From: Piromyces finnis finn
Lineage: Eukaryota > Fungi > Neocallimastigomycota
Direction of reading: 5' to 3'
NCBI GenBank assembly: GCA_002104945.1
Contig: MCFH01000050.1
Location: forward strand, 248,001-312,000
DNA length: 64,000 nucleotides
The notes under the pieces are model-generated. The model was not told where the DNA came from. It saw nothing but the letters and a program-made list of their open reading frames with translations, and ran no database searches. The position numbers and the translations under genes are program-made. Below, in pieces: positions 36,416-50,782 of the stretch (positions are counted from its first letter, which is position 1; the number at the start of each line of letters is the position of its first letter).

Positions 36416-37982
36416 AATGTGAAGATAATTCACTCACTGGATATTTGAAATTAATTTTTTTGGGTTTGTCTTTAATATAATAAGTATTATTAATGATAAA
36501 AGTTTATCATTTGGAAGAGGTTCGTCAGAAATATTTTTACGATATGCGTCTAATAATAAATTATATTTATTATTTTGGATAATTATAGATATTAACAAAT
36601 TTTATCATAATGAAAAATAAAAATATAAAAATAAATTATTACATTCAATTAATTTTATGCAATTAACAACGCAAATAATTTTATCAATATAAAATCTATA
36701 CAAATTCATCTTGTTAAGCTCTATATTAATATTATTATATTTTAATTTGATATAATAATGTTTAATTTATAGTTAATAATAATATCATTATATTTTATTA
36801 CAAAATATTAAATAATTAATTCAACTACGAACCATTTCCAGCTTTTTCAAATATATGAAAATCAAAATCTGGCAAATCAAAATGTCTTGGTTCAACCCAA
36901 GAGTGCATAAGAATTTTATGAGATAACAATGTATCTCTTGCTAAATCTTCTGATGGTCCAAAAGTTCTGTTTTAATATATAAAATGTTCTAATTAATAAT
37001 TGAATTCTTATATGTTAGTATTTTTGAATATTGTATAAAGCGTACATATCAAATAGTTTCTTAGTGATAAGTTTTTCCATTTCAATAATAGCATTTTCTA
37101 TTGAATAAATTTATATTTTATATTATAATATTAGGTTAAAATATTAATTATTTTAAAATTAGTTTTACATTGTTTACCTTGTTCTTCTCTTTCACTATTT
37201 ATCCATAATGGATTTTCAATTAAGGATCTCGATAAATTCTATGATAAAAAAAAAAGAAATAAAAAAAAAAAAAGAATTAATTATGTCAATTCTTTATTAG
37301 TAAAATTATTGTTTTTATTATTGCTATGGTTATATTGTTAATATTATTTGTTTAATTTATCATTTATTACATTTAAAAATTCTCTTAAGTATTGACTTTG
37401 CTCTTCCGGATTAGAAAAAGAGTTTTTAGTTTTTTGTTCGAAGTCTATATAAAAATCTCGAAGTTGTTTTTTGATTGGCATAGCTTCTTTAGAATTAAGT
37501 TTATTTCTAAAATATTCATGTGAGAGTTTTTCTTTTACATATCTTTCATGATATTGTCTTTGAAGTTCAGAAGTATGATAGTTCCTGAGATTTTCATTTA
37601 TTTTATTTGAATTATTATTATTTTGTATTGGAGTAGAGTAAATAGGTTGTCCATTTCGCCCTAATATATTATACATTTCTTGTTCACGAATATAATTTTC
37701 TTGCATAAGTCGAGCAATTTCTTCATCATTTTCACAATCATTAGAACCTTTATCTATTTTATCAGTAGTTACATTTTTATTTCTTTCTTGATATTCACGA
37801 AAACTCTTTGCAAAATTTTCTATATCATTTGGATTCATCATTGGATTACCACTCATTTCTAACTCTTGTTGTTGGGCTAAAAGGGCAATCATATAATCCG
37901 AGTCTACTTGTGATGAAGTTATTCCATCAACTTCCACATCTTTATGATTTTGATTATTATTTGAATTACTCATTGCATACAA
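35450..37982 (-). CDS. VPS9-domain protein (Rab5 GEF family) with N-terminal MIU/UIM-like motifs, multi-exon
   Basis: HSWVEPRHFDLP, PNDKLLSLIILIILKTNPKKLISNIQYIVRYVNP and GIYEFSLTSIWGAITYIEKISQTSLTITSEEYD align by eye to the VPS9 core. The last exon ends at a stop at 35450-35452. Confidence 0.85.
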
Positions 37983-38394
37983 ATTATAGTTAATATATAA
38001 TTATTTATTAATCTATTGTTTAATTTTATATAATATAAAAATTGAAATTATATTTAGTATAATATATACTGAATTAATTATATACTTTTAATAGATTTTT
38101 AGATATTTTAATTTTAATATTAACATTTTATAATTTGTAAACATTTAACTTATTAAATTTCTCTATTTTTATTTTTATTTTGTTCTAAAATGAAAAAAAA
38201 GAAAGATAGTAATAGAATTATAATTTAAGAATTTGTTTATTTAGAATATATTATTTTTTATTGAATAGTTTTTATTATATGTGTATAATTTCCAATAACT
38301 ATTTTATTGATTTTTTGATGGAAAATTATTAATTTAATAATTTTAATGAACAATAATATCATAGAGATTACGCACTCAATATATTTGATATGAG

Positions 38395-38426
<32 letters not shown>

Positions 38427-39598
38427 AAAGAAAAAAGAAAAGAAAAAAAAGAAATTGATTTTTCGTTGAATATGACTCTTTACATAATTTTAATTTTATT
38501 TTTTATTTATATAATAAATATAGATGTAAATATATTATTATTCTTACTTTAAAATATAGAATTGATATTATTATTAATATTATATAATGAAATAATTTTA
38601 CAATGGCTTCTTTATATTTAAATTAATGTATTGTTGTTATTAAGCTGCTTTCCTTTAATTTTTATTTATCTTTTTATTATAATTTTTACTTATTTTTTAT
38701 TTAATTAAAAATTAAAATTTATATTAAATATTTCATTGTTAAATCATCTATAATAACATTTTGAAATTTTTTAAATACTAAGAAAAAAAAAAAAACTGGA
38801 TCAATTAATATATATTTTAATATATATTAATAATCTTATTTACATTATATCATATATTAATTAAACCATATATTAAAACATGTTTTTAATGTTTTTTTTT
38901 TTTTTTTTTTTTTCAAGACATAGTATTAATAATTAAAGTTTTAACAATTAACTCTAGAGTAATAGTATCTATCAACATACGTAACACTAAACTTATTCAA
39001 ATTATTTATTTCTAAGTATTTTTTATATTGTTTTACAATTTTCTATTACTTTTTAATATTATATATACCAAAATTTTCAATTACCATGTACTTTGTTATA
39101 AACAAAATTTTAGTTTTAAAAATAAAAATTTATGGCCTCAATTAATAATTAAAATCTATAAATGGGTTTTTATGTAACTGTTATTTATCAATGTATTATT
39201 TTTTAATATATTATTTTGAAAGTTGATATTTTCATTAATGATATAAGTATTTAAAAAATCGAGGGTTATAAACACTGAAAATTAAAGATTACTTATATAT
39301 ATATATTTTTTTAAAGTAATATCTAATGAACTTTTTATAGTGTGTATTTGTGTAAATATAAAATAAAATAAATATATATAATATAAATAATAAAATATAT
39401 ATTGTAAAATTGAGTTTAAACTATTTGATATATTAAACTTTGATATTTTATATTATATCATTTCTAATAAATTAAATTAAATATAAAAAATATATTATTT
39501 TGTGTAAATAGTAAATTAGTAAATAATCCATCACACAATAACAGGTTTATTTATTAGAATTAAATAAGTAAAAATAAAAAAACAAATAGAAATATATA

Positions 39599-40651
39599 AT
39601 GTCAAAGTTTAAAGAAGAACATCCCTTTGGTAATTCTTTTATATTTTAATTATAAATAAAAAATATTATTAATTTAAAAAAAAGCATATATATTTATTAT
39701 AAATTACGCTAATAATAGAGATAAGAAAGGAGGAATCTGAAAGAATGAGAGTAATATTATATTGTTTTTTTTTATAACTACTAGTTTTGAATGCTAAATA
39801 TATAACTATCTATTTATATTCAAAAAAAAAAAGAAAAAATATCCTGATAGAATTCCATGGTAATCCTTATGTTTAAAATTGAAAAAAAAAATGTTGAGTT
39901 GTAATAATAATAGTTTATATTTTAAAAATTAAATATAGTATTGTTGAAAAGAGTGAAAGAAGTGATATAGATAATATTGACAAGGTCAAATTTTTGGTAA
40001 TACTTAAATTTCAATTTTATTATCATATATAATAATAGTATTTGAATAAAAACATTTTTATGATAATAATATAGTAAAATAATTGATATAGGTTCCTTCT
40101 GATCTTAATATAGGTATTTTTTTTTTGAATAAATAATCTTATATATAATTTATTATAAGTGATTAAGTAAATAACATTTTTTTTAAAAAATAATTAATAC
40201 AACTATTGTCAATTGAACGAAAGGCCAATTTGTATATGTCATTAGGTAAAATAGTTAGTAATAAAGATAACAATAATTAATAAAATATGTTAATTTATTG
40301 TGATAATTATAAATTATAATTTAGAAAAAGGATAAAGTTAAATCCTGACAAAGCTATTTATATATTTATAAATGGTACATTGCCCCCAACGGCTGCTCAA
40401 ATGAGTTTAATTTATGATGAACATAAAGATGATGATGTAAGTCAAATAAATATAGCAAAACTATAACAATATATAATGATTATAATATATATCTATGTAA
40501 ACAATCAATATAAATATTATTAAGAACATATATAAAGAAAATAATAATTAAACATTATAAAAATAATATCTTCTTTATATAGGGATTTTTATATGTTAAG
40601 TATGCTGGGGAAAATGGATTTGGAAATAATACTTTAATTAATATAATTTAG
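39599..40651 (+). CDS. ATG8: Atg8/GABARAP-family ubiquitin-like autophagy protein, 8 exons
   Basis: [79 protein letters not shown], plus an 8-aa tail. Confidence 0.95.
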
Positions 40652-40999
40652 AAATTGAAATATTTTATTGTATTTTCTAATTATTTTAAATAAAACATAT
40701 AATCTTACTTTATTTTATGTAAAAAAATAATATTGAAAGTTAAAATAAAAAAAAAAGGAAACTTAAAAAAATTTCTGTAAATGCTTTTTTTTTTTTTTTT
40801 TTTTTTTTTATAAAGGAAATATTTCAAAATATATCCTAATATCGTTATATTTTATGCTAAAAATAAAAAATATGTATGTATATAATATATAAGTTAATTA
40901 CTATATTAATATAAAAAATAGTCAACATTTAGAAAAATTTTCTCTTTATTTTATGTTATCCTTAATTAATATTTAATTATTTAGTATTAACAGAAAGTG

Positions 41000-41019
41000 T
41001 AAATAAATAAATAAATAAC

Positions 41020-41050
<31 letters not shown>

Positions 41051-41119
41051 ATAGATAAATAGATAAATAAATAAATAAATAGATAAATAGATAAATAAAT
41101 AAATAAATAAATAAATAAA
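41000..41119. repeat. (TAAA/TAGA)n microsatellite
   Basis: Tetranucleotide run with interspersed TAGA variants. Confidence 0.9.
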
Positions 41120-42159
41120 AAAGTAAATAATTATATATGGAGTATAAATTTATTCTATATTTATCTATTATAAGTAAAGTAAATATTCATTATATTAATT
41201 AATATATTAATTTAATTAATTTTAATAAAAAAAAAAAAAAAGTATACATTATATTATTATTAAAAGCAAAAGTGTACAGTCTTTAAATAAATATTAATAT
41301 AATTGAGAAAAAAAGTTAAACATAGTATTTAATTTTTTTTATATAATAATAATAATAATAACAAAGCAATTTACAAGCTATAACATATAAAATATAAAGA
41401 CGGTTTATTATATTTAGCATTATAATTAGAGTTTTATTTCAATATAATATAATGATTGTTATTACAATTAATATTAATTTTAATATTTGATAAACAAGAA
41501 ATCACATAATTTATCTTCATTTATTATTATACACACACATTAATATATACCAAAAGAAAATCTGTAAAAGTTTTTTTATAATAAATTAAAATAAATTTAA
41601 GAAATAATAAAATTTTGTTTAAATAAAAGTAATCAATATATTAAACAAAACCCAAAATTCAAAACTCAAAATTCTAATTTTATAATAATAATAATAATAA
41701 TAGCAGTAATATATCAATCGGTAAAGAAAGTATTGTATAAAGTATAATTTTTTCACATAGAAAATATAATTATTTTCATAAAGATAAAATAAATTATGGA
41801 TTAAATCTTTTTCAGTAAAATACTTTAAAAATATTTATATACATTGATCATCAATTTAAAATAATTTATTCCTTTAATTCAAATTTCTATTAAATAAAAC
41901 AATAGTACTTTTAAGAATTTGTAATATAGAGATAATTTTAATAAAAAATACCCTAATCAATCCAACATTTTATTATAATATATTTTCAAATTTATTTATT
42001 TATTTTTTCCCAAAATATATAGTCAATTTTGAATTAATTGAAAAATACCCATCTATATTATTAATTGAAGAATATTGATTTAATAATTCTATTTAAATTT
42101 TAGTTTAAATAAAATTATTAAAAATATATTAATTAGAATTTTATTAAGTAATAAAAAAA

Positions 42160-45100
42160 ATGATGACAAATTCAACTTCATCAACAAATGAATACAAATG
42201 GTCAACATATGAATGTATCGTTTTAGTTCAAGCTTTTTTAAAATTTGGAGAAGATCATTGGAAAGATATATCAAAAATTCTTACAAAAAATCTTAGTCCT
42301 GAAAATGGAAAGGATATATTTTCTCAAAAAAATTGCCAACAAAAATTTAATTCATTATTAGAAGAATACATAAAATCTGAAGAAAAATTGTAATTATTAT
42401 TTAATTTTTATAATTCATGTTTATTATATAATAAATCTTTGTTCCTTTTTTATTGTTTAATTAATCATCTCATAAATTATTAATAATTTAATAGAGCAAT
42501 TATACCAAAAGTTAAACAATTAACAAATAAATTATTGCAAAAACGTTCACGACAATTACAATATGAATTAGAATTAAATAAAAAAAATTTCATGTAAGTA
42601 AACTTTTTACTTATGATTTTGTTTCTACATTTGAAATTAATTTTTTTTTTTTTTTTATATTTTAAAAAAATAAAGAAAATTAAAAAAGGAAATTCATGAA
42701 ATTAAAGAAGGTAAATGGGATAATAGATTAATAAAAGAATTAAATGAAATAAATATCTCAAAATTAAAAATATCAGATGATAAAGTAAAAGAAGAAAGTA
42801 ATAAAGCCAATTCCAACAAACAAGTGATTGAAAATAAGGATCATGATAAAGATATAGATATAAGTAAACATAAAATTGAAGAAAGTAATAATAATTCTAA
42901 TGAATTAATAGAGGATAGTTCAAAAAATAATAATATTAAAAATGAATTAAATACAGAAATTTCAAATAAATTAATTGGTAATTCTGAGATTATAATAAAA
43001 GAACAAAAAAAGGAAAATAATGAATCTGAATTATTAACATCAATAAAATCAAAAGATTTAGAGGATTTATTAACAAATGATAATAAAAAAATAAATGAAA
43101 ATGATAAACACCAAAGCTCTACTATAAAAGATATAAAAATACCTGAAGAAAATATTTTAAATATTAAGGATGAAGAAAAATCAGATAAAGCATTATTAAA
43201 TACAAAAGAAAATAAAAAGATATTAGAGTCTCATGATAACAATGAAAAGGAAATTGTTACTACAATATCAGCAATTGAGACCGAAAACAGTATAAAATTT
43301 CATATTAATATTAAATCTGATAACAAGAAATTGTTATTTAATGAAGTAGGTGTTGAAAATAACTTAAAATTGAGTAAAAAGGAAGCTAGTAATGAAAAAG
43401 ATAATCAGGATGAAGATAAGGCATTATCATTGGGATTAAAAATTAATAATAACGCCAATAAAGAAAAATACTCATCATTATTAAATAACGATGAAAAATT
43501 GGATAATAATAAAGAAGATAAAAAAAATAACAATATTGAAAATAACAAAGGCCCAATAAAAGAAGAGGAAAGGGATATTGTTAAATCTGAGGATAACGAA
43601 AATATAACGCAGCAGGAATATAAAATAAAATTTGAGACAAATAAAAAAGAAAATGAAGATAATATGAAAGAAGGTAAAATATATATATATATATATAATA
43701 TTTTATTTTATTAATAGTAAATAATGTCATGTTATATATATTGTAAATATTAAATTATTTGTTTTATTTATATAATTATAATGATCTTAATCATAAAACA
43801 ATAACAGAAAATAATATTATAAAATCCAACGATAATGAGGATGATAATATAGATATAGAAGAAAAAGTAAATGAAATTGAATTAAAGAATGAAAACGATG
43901 ATGACGAAGATATAATAATTGATATAGAGAATACTGAAAAATCAAGTTTATCTGAAACTGAAAAGGAAGATGATGTGAATGAAATAAAAGATAATAAGGA
44001 AAGTTATCCAATAATAAAATCATTAGATGGTATTGAAAAGGAATTGAAAAATGAGGATAAACTTTCTAAAAAAGAGAAAGAGAATAATGAAGAAATAATA
44101 ACTGATGAAAAAATGGAACTTAAAGAAAAAATAAATAATGAAATAACAAAAACAGATAATAAAAATATAGAAAATGATAAATTAGTAAGTGAAAATCTAA
44201 ATATAGATGAAGGTATAAATGATAATAAAAATGAAATTATAATCGAAAAAGAGAATGAAATTGATGATGAAAAAAATGAAAAGAAAATACAGGAAGTCAG
44301 TAAAAATCTCAATATTAATCTAAATAAAAAGGAATTAAATGTTGAAAAGATAGAAAACATAAGTGATATTGAATTAACTAAAAATAAAAAAGATAATGAT
44401 TTAGAAAAAACCGAAGATAAAGAAGAAACATTATTATTGAAAGAAAATGAAGTTTTTAGTAATGATGAAACACTTATTAATGATGATGTAGATAATAATG
44501 TTAATAAGGATGCCGCAAGTAATAATAATAAAAATAAATCATTTTCATTATCATTAAGCAAAAAAAATAAAAAAGAATTGAATAATAATGAAAAAGAATG
44601 CAATCAAGTATTGGAAAAAATTGATAAAGAAACAAAAAATACTGGGAATATAGAAGTAGTATTTGCAAAAGATAATAATGAAAAATTGGAAAATGAACAA
44701 GATGAGTTAGTAAACAAAACAATTAATGAAACATTTGATAAAAACAAAAATATAATAGAAAATGAAAAAGAGAATATAAATTTAATTATAAAAGATAATA
44801 TTAATTCTGATGAAGAAGAAAATAAAGATAAAGAAATTATAGGAAGTAAAGTAAACTATAGTGATGGAGTAATAGAAAAAAATATAGGTCAAAAAGAGGT
44901 TGATGAAAATGAAGATATTGATATAACTAATAATATTGATAAAGAAGTAATTGAAAAGAAAAAAAATATTAATGATAATATGGAAATAGATGATGAAAGT
45001 AAACAAGTGATAATCGAGACCAAAAATATAGGAAAATCAGATGAAAGTGATGAAACAAAAACTACTATTGAAAGTAATATTAATGATGACAAAAATAATG

Positions 45101-48063
45101 ATAAAATAAATGATAAAGAATTTAGAGTCGAAGATAATAATAACAATAAGAAAGAAGATGAAAAATCTATTATAAAAAACGATGATAAAATAGAAAATTC
45201 AGAATTCAAAGAGAGTAATAAAAATGATAATAAAATAGAGCAGATTTCAAAAGATGAAAATATTATTGAAAAAGTCGTAAAAGAAAAAATAAAAAATGAA
45301 GAACTTGAAGAAGTAAAATCTGAAAAAGAAAATAATGTTATAAATGATGTAAATAGTAAAGATTTATGTGATAGTAGTAAGGATCAGAATAATAAAGATA
45401 ATAATATTAGTAATATTGAAAAAAAAAGTGAAATTAAGGAAAGCAGAAATCTTGAAGATATTCCAACAAATGAAGGTAATATAATAGAAGGAAAGGAAAT
45501 AAAAAATGAAATAATTTCTTTGGATGAAAGAAATGAAAATGAAAAAATGGAGAAAGGGGAAGAAAAATTAGAAAACAAATCAGAGGAAAAAGAAGAAGAA
45601 AAGAAAGAAAAAGGTAATAAAAATAATGACAAAGAATATAAAAAAAGATTTAATAAATATGAAATAACAACGCGAAGAAAAGACAAAATAAGTTATGAGA
45701 AACATGAAAAAGATGTTATGAAAGAAAAAATAAAATATAATGATAAAGTTGAAAATGAAGAGAAAGAAAATGATGATATAACCAAAGGTGAAAAGAAAGA
45801 AAAGAAAGAGGAATATAAAAATGAAGAAGAAGTAAAAGAAAAAGAGAAAAGTAAAGATTTTATAAAGATAGAAAAAACAGAAGAAATGGAAGAAAAGAAT
45901 AAAAAAGAAGAAGAAATGGAAGAAATAAAGGAAGAGAAAAATACAATAGAACAAGAAAAATTAAAGAAGGTAGATAGAATAGAAGAAAGGAAGGAAAAAG
46001 ATAGTAAGGATAATGAAGAAAATATAAAAAATGATGATAATTCTAAAATAGCAATACTTGAAAAGAAAGAACAAAAATCTAAGCAAGAAAAGAATAATGG
46101 TAAGGAAAAAATTAATAATGATGTAGATGGAAATGATAAAGAAGAAGAAAATAAAGAAGAAAAAAGAGAAGGAATAGAAGAAGAAAAGAAAAAAGAAGAG
46201 AAGAAAGACGAAAAGAAGAAAGAAGAAGAGAAGAAAGAAAAAGAAAAGAAAAAAGAAGAAATAAGAGATGTAAAAGAAGAAGAAAAAGAAGTAAGAAAAG
46301 AAACTGAAGAAAAAAAGAAGGAAGAAAAGAAAAAAGAAGTAGTAGTAGAAGATGAAAAAGTAAAAGAAAAAAAGAGAAAGAAAAATGAAGAAGAGAAAAA
46401 AGAGGGAAAAGATGATGAGATAGAAAATGAAGAAGATAAAGATGATATTAAAAATGATTCTGATGATGAAGAACAACCTTTGATTAACTTAAAGAAAATT
46501 TTAAAAAATAGTAATTTATCAGGAAAAAATAAAAATAACCTTAGGAAAGCTAATAGTTTGAATATAAGTAATAGTACTAGTACTAACTCTAGTAGTAGTA
46601 GTATTAATTTAACTATTAATAAAAAAAAGAGAAATCTTAGACATATAGAAAGTTCTGATGAAGAATCAAATTTAAAAGAATATAAAAAATCAAGGTTAGA
46701 TAGAATAAGAAAAGAGGATCATAGTGATAAAGTTCCAATGACAGAACATAAAAAAGTTCTTAAGTTACACCTTAAACACAGATTATCTTCAACTGAAACT
46801 TCTGGTTCTAGTGACGAAAGATTTAAATCAAATTCTTCATCTATGTCATCAATAGTAACAAGACACCATCAACTTCGTTCTATATATACCTATGAAGGAC
46901 AAACTAAAAAGAAAATAAAACTTGAAAATGCACATGATGAGTCACAATTAATTCAGGTTAAAACTGAAGAAGACTTTAATAGCAATGATATCTCAAGTAG
47001 CAGTTTATTAAGTAGTGCTAATCTAAGTATAGAAAGTCTTGAGGATATTAAAGAAAATGGTGAGAAAGAAGACTCTCACGATATTAATAAATACGAACCA
47101 TCTACCGAAAAGAATATTGAAAAAGAAGTTAATACTAATGAGGATTTGTCATCAAATGTAAAAGAAGAGAAATTAGAAAAAATGGAAAAAGAGAAAGATC
47201 ATGTTGAAGCGAGAGTATTAAGGTCTTCAAGAAAACATAAACAACCAGAAAAGAAAGAAATAAAAGAAGAAAAGAAAGTAGAAGTGAAACTAGAAGAAGA
47301 GGAAGAACATAAAAAAGAAAAATTAAAAGAAAGAAATAAAGAAAAAGAAGAAAAGGAAGAAAACAGTATAGAATCTAATGAAAAAGAAAATGAAAAGGAA
47401 ATTAAGGATATTAAGTCACATGGTAGTGATAAAAAGAAGAGCGCAGAGCATCCACCAGTAACTAGATCAAAAAGGTCTTCACTTAAAGATACAGAAGTTT
47501 CAGGATCATCATTTTCGTCTAATTCTCATTCTGTAAATAATTTAAAACGTAAAAGAAAAGATAATGAATCAAGTACTAGCCATCCAAATAAAAGAGGACA
47601 TAGTAATGAAAGTTCCACTCAGAGTAAATCCGAACACGAAAAGTCAAAAGGTTGGCGTAAAAATATTATGATGATATGGAATGATATTGCAAATCATCGT
47701 TATGGACCTGTATTCCTTAATCCGGTCAAGGTCGAAGATGCCCCTGATTACTATGATATTATTAAAAAACCTATGGATCTTAATAGTATTAAACAAAGAG
47801 TAAAAGATGGAATAATCACAAATACTATTGAATTCCACAGAGATGTTATGTTAATGTGTACCAACAGTTTAATGTATAATCAAGAAGATAGTGAAGTATA
47901 TCCAATGGCATTAGAAATGAAAGAACATGCAGATCATGAAATTAAAAATTTACGTATGTATGAGAATCGTCGTCAACAACGCAATACCACTACCTCTAAA
48001 CAACCAAGTGCTGGAACAGTTAGAAGAAGAATAAGTGTTAACAGTACGCATGAAGACAAATAG
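42160..48063 (+). CDS. BRD8: BRD8-like NuA4/Tip60 subunit: N-terminal SANT/Myb-like domain, very long acidic/Lys-rich linker, C-terminal bromodomain
   Basis: N-terminal WSTYECIVLVQAFLKFGEDHWKDISK...CQQKFNSLL. Bromodomain IANHRYGPVFLNPVKVEDAPDYYDIIKKPMDLNSIK...DVMLMCTNSLMYN. The exons are collinear on the + strand. Confidence 0.85.
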
Positions 48064-48606
48064 TTTTATTATTATCATAGGATTATTATTATTGCTACTC
48101 TAAATTTATTTTCATCAAATAAAAAATTAGAAATAATAATAATAACGATAATAATAAAGAATGAGGAAAAAAAAAAAAAAATAGGGAAAACTTTTAAAAT
48201 ATTTTTTTTTCTCCATAATTTTATATTATTTAATAAACTAAAGTTATTCATTACATATAATATATATTAAAAATAGCATCATCATTAACATACCAACTAC
48301 TTCTTCTTCTTATTATTATTATTATTATATAAAATAATTTATAAAATTTTTTTTAATCTTCTTAATATTTATTTATAAATATTGCAAAATAATAATATAC
48401 TTGTTATATTCAACCATAATTTTTATTTGTGGGAAAACAAATAATAGTTTAAAAATTTACAAAACATAAAAATAATGTTTTCATAAAATAATATATATAT
48501 TATTTTATTTTATATATACACTTTATCTCTTTTATTAGTATAATTTATAGTTTTACTAGTAATTTCTATCCTTTTAATAAATTTTATATTTTATTTATTT
48601 ATTTTA

Positions 48607-48618
48607 TCATCATCATCA

Positions 48619-48662
<44 letters not shown>

Positions 48663-48828
48663 TTATTTTATTTTATTTTATTTTATTTTATTTTATTTTA
48701 TTTTATTTTATTTTATTTTATTTTATTTTATTTTATTTTATTTTATTTTATTTTATTTTATTTTATTTTATTTTATTTTATTTTATTTTATTTTATTTTA
48801 TTTTATTTTATTTTATTTTATTTTATTT
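48607..48828. repeat. Compound microsatellite (CAT)n-(TTA)n-(TTTTA)n
   Basis: Three abutting perfect simple repeats; the pentamer run is about 165 bp. Confidence 0.92.
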
Positions 48829-49301
48829 AATTATACAATTATCAAATTCTAAATATAATTAAAAAAAAAGTTTAAATCATCTATAATAATAAAAAATGAA
48901 CAATATCAAATAATATACCAAATTAATTTTTTTTTTTTTCTATCAATATACATTTTTTTTAATACTAACAATTAAAAGATGATAATATTAATAATAAATT
49001 ATTAAATGAATGAGTATTTGATTCAATAAAAATTTGAAAAAAAAAAAAAAAAAAAAGCAGAATAATGACGTTGTAATAAAAAGAAAAATAACATTATTTT
49101 GTTAAAAGAAGAAGAAAAAGAAGAAAAATATATGATTTAAATAATTAAAAAATCATTATTTATATATTTTTAGTATCAAAAATTTTTTTTATTATATTTG
49201 TAATTTTTTATTCAACAGTATAATTTTATAAAATGCTATGAAAAACTTATCATAATTTAATTTAATTTATATGAATGTTGTTATTATTTCATTTTTGTTA
49301 A

Positions 49302-50782
49302 TTAGTTTTTATTCTTTTCAGAAAAGAAGAAACCTTCCATTACTTTCCATTGACTTTGAACATTATTTTTTGAGACAGCACAGACTTCCATTTGACCTCT
49401 TATTGGATCATTATAAACATAATTCATAAAAGAACAAAGACGATTTCCTGTTTTACTATGAATGAAACGAACTGGTTGCTCTCTAATCCAATATTTTGCT
49501 TTTTTATCTAATTTTTTAAAAAAATGTTAGTAATCATGTAAAGAAAGGAAAAAAATATATACAAAGATAAAGTAATAATAATATTATTATGGTATATATT
49601 TTTAAATCTAATACTATGAAATTAAATATATATATATTTCATATATACCTAAACATTCTACTTTCCATTCAGTATCTTCATTTCCATTATCAACACAATT
49701 AACTTCTCCATTTCCAGAAAGAGGTGATTGGAAGGTATTTGCATTTAACCATTTTTTTGTTTCTGAATGTTGTAAACGGATGATAGAATTGCATTTAATT
49801 CTAAATGTATAGATAAATGTATTTAATATTTTAATTTGAAAAAAAAAATAAAAGTAATATTCTCAAATATAAATATGTAAAATCTTTTATATAGGATTTA
49901 AATCATTACACCTACTTTTTTCTAATTTTTAAATAAATTTGTGTTTTTTTTTTTTTTTTTTCCAATAATAAATTAGTTATTTATAGAAGAGTTATACATA
50001 TAATGATGTATTGAGATTTTTTTTAAGAAAATCATAAATTATTAAAATATTAAAATATACATTATTAAAATTAGTTATAAATATAAATTCATATATATTT
50101 ATTTAAAAAAAAAAATTGAGTGAAAAAAATAAAAACCCTCTTTCACAATCTTTTCCAAATTTTCCTGTTACCATCCAGTAAGAATTTGAGTCATCATTTT
50201 CATTAAATCCAGTAACAGATTGTTCATTAGAACCTGAACCATATCTTACATTATGTGAATGAAGCTTTATATTTTGAGAATATTATGTTATCACAAATGA
50301 ATTATTTATATTTGAATTATAAAATTGATATACTATAGAAATCAACACTATTTTTTAATATGTAAGAATTACCTTTGCACCTGAAACAACATTTTGTAAC
50401 TTGATTGTACTTGAACAGCTATTTTTTATTTTTAATTTTTATATAAAATATTCCTTAATTTAACTTGAACACTGATACTGTTTAAATATTTTTTGTTTAG
50501 AGTAATAATACAAAAGGTAATTATATTATTACTTATTCTGAAAAGATGTAATATAATAAGTGGACACTTACGTTACTGTTTCAAATCCTATTAAAATAAT
50601 AAATAATAATATTAATATATATAATAGAAGTAATCTTATTTAAAAAATATCTTTATATTAAAATTTAATTAACGACTGATATAAATCATACTTGGATCAA
50701 TATCTGTAAAGTGGGAGTAATTATAAGCATATGATAAAGTAATTAATGATAATAAAGGTAATAATACAGTTTTCATTTTCAT
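49302..50782 (-). CDS. SDF2: SDF2-like secreted/ER MIR-domain protein, multi-exon
   Basis: Signal peptide MKMKTVLLPLLSLITLSYA, then CSSTIKLQN, HNVRYGSGSNEQSVTGFNENDDSNSYW, CNSIIRLQHSETKKWL, SPLSGNGEVNC, VRFIH and PIRGQMEVCA: three MIR repeats as in SDF2. Confidence 0.88.

Noticed and set aside
43817-47838. Antisense Phe/Leu/Ile-rich ORFs as membrane proteins
   Set aside because: They are reverse-complement shadows of the Lys/Glu/Asn-rich BRD8-like linker. The same applies to 18298-18492 and 21531-21725.
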